A DNA stretch of 64,000 nt from Gemmatimonas sp. (GTDB lineage: Bacteria > Gemmatimonadota > Gemmatimonadetes > Gemmatimonadales > Gemmatimonadaceae), in assembly GCF_030833075.1 (NCBI RefSeq), contig NZ_JAURHX010000002.1, one strand, 5' to 3'. Positions within the stretch are counted from its first letter, which is position 1. The number at the start of each line of letters is the position of its first letter. The notes under the pieces were generated by a model. The model ran no database searches. It saw only the letters and a list, made by a program, of their open reading frames with translations, and was not told the DNA's origin. Position numbers and translations under genes: made by a program. Of the stretch, positions 57,451-64,000 are shown piece after piece.

Positions 57451-59139
57451 TCAGGGCCGCAGCGATTCACGCTGCAATGCCATCTTCACGGCAGCATAGG
57501 CGTCGACCAGACCACCGGTGCGGGACAGCGATGCGAAGGGGACCTGCTGTCCGTCGCCGCCGGGAAGCGCGACCACGGCGTTCGGAAACGTCCGCACCGA
57601 CTGCACCATGATCTCACGCACCTCGGTGGGCGTGAGTTTGGGAAAATAGGCGAGCAGGAGCGCCGCCACACCTGACACCACCGGCGCGGCCATGCTCGTC
57701 CCGTCCTCGCGCTTCACGCCACCGCCGGGCACGGTGCTGAGAATGTCCTCGCCCGGGGCGAACAGGTCGACCGTCTGCTTTCCGTAGTTGCTGAAACCCG
57801 TGGCGAGTGCGCCGGTCCCCTTCCACGAACTCGCGCCCACCTCCAGCCACAGCCGCGCGCGCATACCAACTCCCGTCATCGGCGTAGGATACGACGGCAC
57901 CACATCGTTGTTCTCACCGTCGTTGCCGGCGGCGTGCACCATGAGCACGCCCTTCGCATCGGCGTACCGCACGGCGCTGTCCACCGCGGCCTTCTTCGGC
58001 GAGTACGACTTGCCGAAGCTCATGTTGATGATCTGTGCCCCGTTGTCGACGGCGTAGCGGATGGCGCGTGCCACATCTTCGTCGCGCTCGTCGCCATCGG
58101 GGACGGCGCGGACGCCCATGATGCGTACGTTCGGCGCGATGCCCATCACCGTGTTCTTTGCATCGCGCTCGGCGCCGATGATCCCGGCCACGTGCGTACC
58201 GTGCGACGCATCGGGGCCCATCACGTCGGCGGAGCCGTTGGCATTCCTGGCGCGCGGATAGTAGGCGGTGTCGAGACCGAACATCGCCTGCGATTCGTAT
58301 GCCTGCTTCGCCTCGGCCAGCCCGGCCGCGTCGAGTCCGTCGGCCTCGAGCGCCAGCCACAGGTCGCGCGCGCGGGTGAGTTCGCCTCCCGACGGCTTGA
58401 AGGCCTGCACCTTTGCCCGCGTGAGTGGCCTGCCGATGGCGCCTTCGAGTGCGTTGGTCACCTGACTCAGCATCCGATCGAGGTTGCGGATCTGGCTCAG
58501 GGTACCGGTCACTTCGGCTTTCTTTTCGGCGAACGCGCCGGCGAGCGAATCGCAGCGTGCCGCCGACGGCTTGCCGAGTCCCGTGCCGGCGGCCGCGCCG
58601 CGGCACGCCGCGTAAAGGCGCGTGAGTTCGAACGTCTCCGGCCCCACGGCGCTGCCACTTGCCGTGACGGGATAGTTCCAACCGCGCACGTCGTCGACGT
58701 AGCCGTTGCGGTCGTCGTCGGCGCCGTTGCCGGCGATCTCCTTCTCGTTCTTCCACAAACGCGCGCGCAGATACGTGTGCGCGGTGTCCACGCCGCCATC
58801 GATCACGGCCACGACAACCTCGCGCTGCGGTTGGCGACCGGTGAGCAGTTCACGGATGGCCCGTTCCGATCCCACGCCGAGCACCTTGTCGGTGTCGTAA
58901 TCGAGCCGATGCCAATCAGCGCGCGCCGTATCGGCACCGGCGGCATCGGCACCGGTTACCGGAGGCGCCGGCGGACTCACGGTAATCGGCGGCTGCTGCA
59001 CGGGTGCTGCCATCGCCTCCGGGGCGGTGGGGCTGGGCGCCGGGGCAGGGGACGGTGCGGGGGTGGCACGGGCGCAGGCGGCGAGCAGCACCGCCACGGG
59101 AAGCGCGCGCCAGGGCGCCAAGGTCGAGGGTCGGAACAT
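57451..59139 (-). CDS. S8 (subtilisin-like) serine peptidase, lipoprotein
   Basis: Lipobox 'LAAC'. Catalytic 'VAVIDGG', 'HGTHVAG', 'AAGN', 'GTSMAAP', with a helical insertion between the Asp and His. Confidence 0.93.
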   Translation of the reverse strand: MFRPSTLAPWRALPVAVLLAACARATPAPSPAPAPSPTAPEAMAAPVQQPPITVSPPAPPVTGADAAGADTARADWHRLDYDTDKVLGVGSERAIRELLTGRQPQREVVVAVIDGGVDTAHTYLRARLWKNEKEIAGNGADDDRNGYVDDVRGWNYPVTASGSAVGPETFELTRLYAACRGAAAGTGLGKPSAARCDSLAGAFAEKKAEVTGTLSQIRNLDRMLSQVTNALEGAIGRPLTRAKVQAFKPSGGELTRARDLWLALEADGLDAAGLAEAKQAYESQAMFGLDTAYYPRARNANGSADVMGPDASHGTHVAGIIGAERDAKNTVMGIAPNVRIMGVRAVPDGDERDEDVARAIRYAVDNGAQIINMSFGKSYSPKKAAVDSAVRYADAKGVLMVHAAGNDGENNDVVPSYPTPMTGVGMRARLWLEVGASSWKGTGALATGFSNYGKQTVDLFAPGEDILSTVPGGGVKREDGTSMAAPVVSGVAALLLAYFPKLTPTEVREIMVQSVRTFPNAVVALPGGDGQQVPFASLSRTGGLVDAYAAVKMALQRESLRP

Positions 59140-59300
59140 GGAATCGTGGTCAGGTAGAGTCGGCGCCAAGGAGTAACGGGGCAGTAACCACGAAATGCTC
59201 CTCGGGTGGGTTCACGGAGTCTGCGGTGCAACGTCCCACGCAGCCATGGCGTGCCTTGCGCCGTGTTCGACGGGCGAAGCGACGTCGAGCAGCCTGACGG

Positions 59301-59813
59301 TCAGGCGATCTGGCGCTCGGGCACGAGGGCCTTCTTGGCATGCAGGCTGGCATAGCCGGTGGGCGCGGTGGCCATCCGGGCGCGCACACGCTCCATCACA
59401 TCTTTCGAGAGCGAGTCGATGGTGACGCGGGCCAGGGTGCGCTTCAGCGCTTCTTCGGCGTCGAGGTACACCTCGTCGAGATACTCGGCGATGACCGGAG
59501 CAACCGGACAGTCGGCCCCCACGCCGTTGGCGTGCCGGCCGAGGAGTTCGCGGCCTTCGTCCTGCACGGCGTCGTACACGGCGCGCAGTGTGATGGCCCC
59601 GGGATCGCGCGCGAGTACCGACCCGCCTCCTGCTCCGCGACGCGAGTCGATGATCCCGGCGTGCTTGAGTTGCCCCAGTACCCGGCGTATCACGACGGCA
59701 TTGGTCCCGACGCTTTCGGCGAGTTCGTCCGAGGTCGCGCCGCGCCCCTCCTCACGCTCGAGGTACGCGATGAGCCCGAGCACGTGCGCGGCAACGGTGA
59801 GACGGGAATTCAT
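59301..59813 (-). CDS. Rrf2 family transcriptional regulator (YwnA/SaiR-like, single Cys)
   Basis: 'NSRLTVA.H.L', 'TS..LA.SV.TN.V.IRR', 'G.GGG..LAR....ITL', 'CPV'. The three-Cys Fe-S motif is absent. Confidence 0.9.
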   Translation of the reverse strand: MNSRLTVAAHVLGLIAYLEREEGRGATSDELAESVGTNAVVIRRVLGQLKHAGIIDSRRGAGGGSVLARDPGAITLRAVYDAVQDEGRELLGRHANGVGADCPVAPVIAEYLDEVYLDAEEALKRTLARVTIDSLSKDVMERVRARMATAPTGYASLHAKKALVPERQIA

Positions 59814-59990
59814 GTCTAATATGTAACCGCGTGTGTGACGAACGGACAAGCTGAAGTGTTCCAGTCATCACCAATCTGTTGCGGGTGGCCACCGGAGGCC
59901 ACTGCATCGCACTTGCGGCACCTGGGCCCGCTAGGATAGTGCAGGGGTAGCGAGGCGTTCAGCGTTCCGCGTACTGCGGAAGGAGGTGCT

Positions 59991-60695
59991 ATGCCCGTCT
60001 CTTCCGAATTCCCCCTGAAGCTCCGAGCCTTCGAATCCACACGCCGGCTGTCCTGGCGTGCACTGCCGCAGCAAGTGGTGGGGGTTGGTGCGGAGCTGGC
60101 GGTCATCGGTGTGTTTCTGGCTGCCGGTTGGCTGGAGCGATGGGCGGCCGCGCGGGCGCCCCAGGCGGCGGACGAAGCGGTCGGGTTCCTGGCGCCGTTT
60201 CGTCGGGCCGCTCCGCCCCCGTCGGAGGAGCGTCTCTCCTTCGTAGGGCTCGGAGACGCTGCGTCCGCGACGAACGGCGACGTCGCCCTGCCGCGAGACG
60301 ATGGCACCAAGGCGGTGGCGCTGGCTCAACAGGGGACGCGTCTCATCACCGACGATGCCGTGTCGCAGCCCGAGAGCGAATCGCCGCGGGCGATGACCGA
60401 AATCGAGGTGGACTCGGCGGCGGCGCTCGATCCGAGTGCCGTGGGGCCCGAGTACCCGCCCGAACTGATGCAGGCCGGCGTGCAGGGGGTGGTGTACGCG
60501 CAGTTCGTCGTCGACAGCGCGGGACACGCCGATACGCTCAATCTGCAGGTTCTCGAAAAGGTGGAACCGCAGTTCGTCGTGGCGGTGAAGCACGCCCTGC
60601 CGCAGATGAAGTACAAGCCGGCTGTCTTCGCGGGACGGCGAGTGAATCAGCTGGTGCAACAGGCGTTCGTGTTCCGCATCAAGCCGGCGGGATGA
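59991..60695 (+). CDS. TonB C-terminal domain protein (energy transducer TonB-like)
   Basis: SD AAGGAGG, N-terminal TM, 'P.YP..L...G.QG.V..QFVVD..G', 'Y.PA...GR.V.Q.V.Q.F.F'. Confidence 0.85.
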   Translation: MPVSSEFPLKLRAFESTRRLSWRALPQQVVGVGAELAVIGVFLAAGWLERWAAARAPQAADEAVGFLAPFRRAAPPPSEERLSFVGLGDAASATNGDVALPRDDGTKAVALAQQGTRLITDDAVSQPESESPRAMTEIEVDSAAALDPSAVGPEYPPELMQAGVQGVVYAQFVVDSAGHADTLNLQVLEKVEPQFVVAVKHALPQMKYKPAVFAGRRVNQLVQQAFVFRIKPAG

Positions 60696-60820
60696 TCGGC
60701 GCGGGGGGCAGCGTCCCCTCGCCGTCGTGCGTTGAGTAGGAGATATTCGCCCCGTTCCCGGGCCCGGGCGGCATGCCGGGCCCGCCGGTGGTTCGATTCT
60801 CCCCTTCTCGGAGCGCACGC

Positions 60821-62671
60821 GTGGACAGCACCCCTTTCGATTTCCTCGATCACGCCGAAGCCGAACTCGCGGCAATGGAGTACGACCCGACCAGCACGGG
60901 GGTGCCGCGCCGCGAGTTCATGTTCCGCTCGCTCGTGATGGCTGCCGCGAGCACGTTCGGTGTGCGATCGCTCGGAGCGCAGTCGCCACAGGCGTACTTC
61001 GATGCCACGGCCGGCGTGTGGTCGGGGATGCTGCCCGTTCAACCGCCCGCGCAGCAGGAACCGGTGGCGCTCGGCAACGGTGAGGCGCCAGCGCTGCAGT
61101 TCATGCCGTATCCCGAGGGTACGGGGGCGCTGATGGAGCGCATGGTGGCCAAGCACGGCGCGAAGGCCTTCACGCGCAGCACCTTCGTGGTGGAGCCGTG
61201 GGTCGGCGCGGCGCCCGCATCGCCGGACGATCTCGCGTTTCTGCCGGCGCATCGCATTGCTGCGCTCATCAAGGCGCGCAAGATCACCTCGCGGCAGATC
61301 ACCGACATCTACCTCGAGCGCATGGAGCGTCTCAATCCCACGCTCAATTGCGTGGTGACGCTCATGAAGGAGTCGGCGCGCGCCGAAGCCGATGCGATGG
61401 ACAAGGAGTTGGCTGCCGGCAAGTACCGTGGTCCGTTGCACGGCGTGCCGTACGGCATCAAGGATCTCTTCGCCACGAAGAACGCGCCCACGTCGTGGGG
61501 CTCGCCCGACTTCAAGGATCAGCAGTTCGACTACGACGCCGAGATCGTCGTGCGGTTGCGCAATGCCGGCGCGGTGTTGCTCGCGAAGCTGGCGACCGGA
61601 CTGTTCGCGCAGAACGATTGGTGGTACGGCGGGCGCACCAACAACCCGTGGAATCTCAACATCGGCTCCAGCGGCTCGAGCACCGGCCCCGGTTCGGCCA
61701 CGGCCGCGGGGCTGGTGGCGTTTTCCATCGGAACGGAGACGCAGGGCTCGATCGTGTCGCCGAGCATTCGCAACGGCATCTCGGCGCTGCGTCCCACGTA
61801 CGGGCGCGTGAGCCGTCACGGCGGTATGGTGCTGTCGTGGTCGCAGGACCGTGTGGGGCCCATGTGCCGCACGGCCGAAGACTGTGCGATGGTGTTCAAC
61901 GTGCTGCACGGCGTCGACCCGAAGGACGCGAGCACGGTGACCACGCCGTTCACCTTCGACCGCAACATCCCGCTCGCCAAATTGCGGATCGGCGTGGACT
62001 CGGCAGCGCCGCCGGAACTGGTGGACAAGCTCAAGGCGCTCGGCATGGTGCCGAAGCCCATCGGCGCGCGTCCGACGGTGGCGGGGATGGGCGGCGGTGG
62101 GCTCAATGCGGAGTACGCCGCCGCGTTCGACAGCTTCGTGCAGCGCAAGGCGAAGGAGTACAACCTCGACCTCAACGCACTACCCGCACGACCGGCCACC
62201 GGCCCCGGCGCCAATGCGCCGTTCGGCAACACGCCGCCCGCCCGCCCCAAGGGGATCAACGAAGGCGACACCAACCCCATGGCGGCGGCCGACTGGAACC
62301 CGCGCTTCGTGGGTGGCCGCAGCATCCGCGCGTTCGACTTCGTCAACAACCAACGTCGTCGTCTGCTGCTGGTGCAGAAGTGGGGCGAGTTCATGAAGGA
62401 CCTCGACGGTTTCATCGGCGGCCCCAACGCCGACGTGGGCCCCAACGCGCAGACGGGTCATCCGTGTGCGGTGCTGCCGTACAAGTTCGACGTGCCACAG
62501 TTCGGCTTCGGCGGACAGCGTGGCAACGACAGCACGCCGGCACCGACGTACAAGGCGCAGCCCATCTGCGGCGTGATCACGGGCAATCTGTACAACGACG
62601 ACATCATCCTCTCGGTCGCGCATCAGTTCCAGAAGGCGACGGACATTCACAGGCGGCGGCCGGCGCTCTGA
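60821..62671 (+). CDS. Amidase-signature family enzyme with Tat-like motif
   Basis: 'GPLHGVPYGIKDL' (Lys), 'GSSGSSTG', 'IGTET.GSI.SP' (Ser-cisSer-Lys), and 'PRREFMFR' plus a hydrophobic segment near the N-terminus. Confidence 0.9.
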   Translation: MDSTPFDFLDHAEAELAAMEYDPTSTGVPRREFMFRSLVMAAASTFGVRSLGAQSPQAYFDATAGVWSGMLPVQPPAQQEPVALGNGEAPALQFMPYPEGTGALMERMVAKHGAKAFTRSTFVVEPWVGAAPASPDDLAFLPAHRIAALIKARKITSRQITDIYLERMERLNPTLNCVVTLMKESARAEADAMDKELAAGKYRGPLHGVPYGIKDLFATKNAPTSWGSPDFKDQQFDYDAEIVVRLRNAGAVLLAKLATGLFAQNDWWYGGRTNNPWNLNIGSSGSSTGPGSATAAGLVAFSIGTETQGSIVSPSIRNGISALRPTYGRVSRHGGMVLSWSQDRVGPMCRTAEDCAMVFNVLHGVDPKDASTVTTPFTFDRNIPLAKLRIGVDSAAPPELVDKLKALGMVPKPIGARPTVAGMGGGGLNAEYAAAFDSFVQRKAKEYNLDLNALPARPATGPGANAPFGNTPPARPKGINEGDTNPMAAADWNPRFVGGRSIRAFDFVNNQRRRLLLVQKWGEFMKDLDGFIGGPNADVGPNAQTGHPCAVLPYKFDVPQFGFGGQRGNDSTPAPTYKAQPICGVITGNLYNDDIILSVAHQFQKATDIHRRRPAL

Positions 62672-62689
62672 ATCGGCGCCGCGCCGCTA

Positions 62690-62792
62690 ACGCGTGAGCA
62701 CGGAGATCGCCGAGGGTGGTGAGGGCATGGAGAACTGCTCGATGTGGTTCCCGGTGCGCTCACCTGCCTCCGTGATCTCCGTGTTCACGCGT
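62690..62792. repeat. 46-bp imperfect inverted repeat with 9-nt GAG periodicity
   Basis: 62690-62735 matches the reverse complement of 62747-62792 with about 9 differences. The left arm reads GAG atcgcc GAG ggtggt GAG ggcatg GAG. Confidence 0.85.
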
Positions 62793-62821
62793 CCCCCGAT
62801 CTTTCTCACCCACCGAGTATC

Positions 62822-64000
62822 ATGAGCGAACCCAAGCTCCCCAGTCGCCACGCCATGCACGGGCCCGAACGCGCGCCGCATCGCGCGTTCTACTACGCCA
62901 TGGGCCTCAACGAGCAGGAGATCGCGCGTCCCCTCGTCGGTGTGGTGTCGAGCTGGAACGAAGCGGCGCCGTGCAACATCGCGCTCAAGCGTCAGGCCGA
63001 GGTGGCGAAGCGTGGCGTGGTGGCCGGTGGCGGCACGCCGCGCGAGTTCACCACCATCACGGTGACCGACGGCATCGCCATGGGGCACGCGGGGATGAAG
63101 GCGTCGCTGGTGAGTCGCGAAACCATCGCCGACAGCATCGAACTCACGGTGCGCGGGCACTGCTACGATGCCCTCGTCGGCATCGCCGGCTGCGACAAGA
63201 CGCTCCCCGGCATGATGATGGCCATGGTTCGCCTCGACGTGCCGAGTGTGTTTCTCTATGGAGGCTCGATTCTGCCCGGTCGGCACCACGATCGCGATGT
63301 GACGGTGCTCGACGTGTTCGAGGCGGTGGGCTCGTATGCGGCAGGGAAGTGCTCGCTCGAAGAGCTCACGGCACTCGAGAAGGTGGCGTGTCCGGGTGCG
63401 GGTTCATGTGGCGGCCAGTACACCGCCAACAGCATGGCGTACGTGAGCGAGGCCATCGGACTCGCGCTACCCGGGTCGGCGAGTCCGCCGGCCGCGTACG
63501 AAACGCGTGACCGTTATGCCGAACTTGCGGGGGAAACGGTGATGCGCCTGCTGCGCGACGGGTTGCGCCCGCGCATGATCGTCACGCGCCGCTCGCTCGA
63601 GAATGCTGCCGCCGTCGTGGCCGCGACAGGCGGAAGCACCAACGCCACCCTGCACTTGCCCGCGCTCGCGCACGAGTGCGGTATCGAGTTCGACCTGTTC
63701 GACGTGGCCGAGGTGTTCAAGCGCACGCCGCTCATAGCCGATCTCAAGCCGGGCGGGAAGTATCTCGCGAAGGATGTGCACGACATCGGCGGCGCGGGCG
63801 TGGTGCTCAAGTCGCTGCTCGACGGCGGCTTCCTGCACGGCGACTGCATCACCGTGACGGGGAAGACCCTCGCGGAGAATCTCGCCGACGTGGTGGTGCC
63901 CGGTGATCAGAAGGTGGTGATGCCGGTGTCGCAGGCCATCTCGCCGACGGGTGGACTGGTGGGGCTCAGCGGCAACCTGTGTCCCGACGGCGCCATCGTG
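62822..64000 (+). CDS. ilvD: Dihydroxy-acid dehydratase, 5' part (runs off the window end)
   Basis: Manual translation MSEPKLPSRHAMHGPERAPHRAFYYAMG...PCN...TITVTDGIAMGH.GMK.SLVSRE.IADS...GCDKTLPG...CPGAGSCGGQYTANSM...GGSTN...GNL.PDGA. Confidence 0.95.
   Translation, partial: MSEPKLPSRHAMHGPERAPHRAFYYAMGLNEQEIARPLVGVVSSWNEAAPCNIALKRQAEVAKRGVVAGGGTPREFTTITVTDGIAMGHAGMKASLVSRETIADSIELTVRGHCYDALVGIAGCDKTLPGMMMAMVRLDVPSVFLYGGSILPGRHHDRDVTVLDVFEAVGSYAAGKCSLEELTALEKVACPGAGSCGGQYTANSMAYVSEAIGLALPGSASPPAAYETRDRYAELAGETVMRLLRDGLRPRMIVTRRSLENAAAVVAATGGSTNATLHLPALAHECGIEFDLFDVAEVFKRTPLIADLKPGGKYLAKDVHDIGGAGVVLKSLLDGGFLHGDCITVTGKTLAENLADVVVPGDQKVVMPVSQAISPTGGLVGLSGNLCPDGAIV

Noticed and set aside
59820-59841. 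TGTAAC-N7-GTGACG as an Rrf2 operator
   Set aside because: Only one good half-site, and the spacing does not clearly match a known operator. Too weak to call.

Overview
High-GC bacterial chromosomal segment whose gene content and style suggest Gemmatimonadota (Gemmatimonas-like; inference, no search run). It is almost entirely core or housekeeping DNA. Genes include ispE, pdxJ, mce, trxA, rsmI, gltX, purH/purN, valS, thrS, a thiolase/hbd/acyl-CoA dehydrogenase block, rpiB-glyA, nnr, thiL, plsC, eno (split by a 1-bp frameshift), ftsB and ilvD. There are four tRNA genes (Ser-GCT, Ser-TGA, fMet, a second CAT tRNA) and many exported proteins of unknown function. I found no integrase, transposase, phage gene or CRISPR array. 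The most interesting signals are: (1) strong enrichment of the Bacteroidota-type O-glycosylation sequon D-(S/T)-(A/I/L/V/M/T) in exported proteins, alongside a TMEM260/GT117-like DUF2723 gene and a flippase-like UPF0104 gene, hinting at a general protein O-glycosylation system; (2) a thrS leader hairpin that mimics a tRNA-Thr(CGU) anticodon arm; (3) a DUF4159-DUF4175-TPR-GATase-like envelope operon running into a JAB-DinG fusion; (4) recurrent leaderless-type gene starts; (5) periodic palindromic and heptamer intergenic elements. Start codons and motif counts were assigned by eye.
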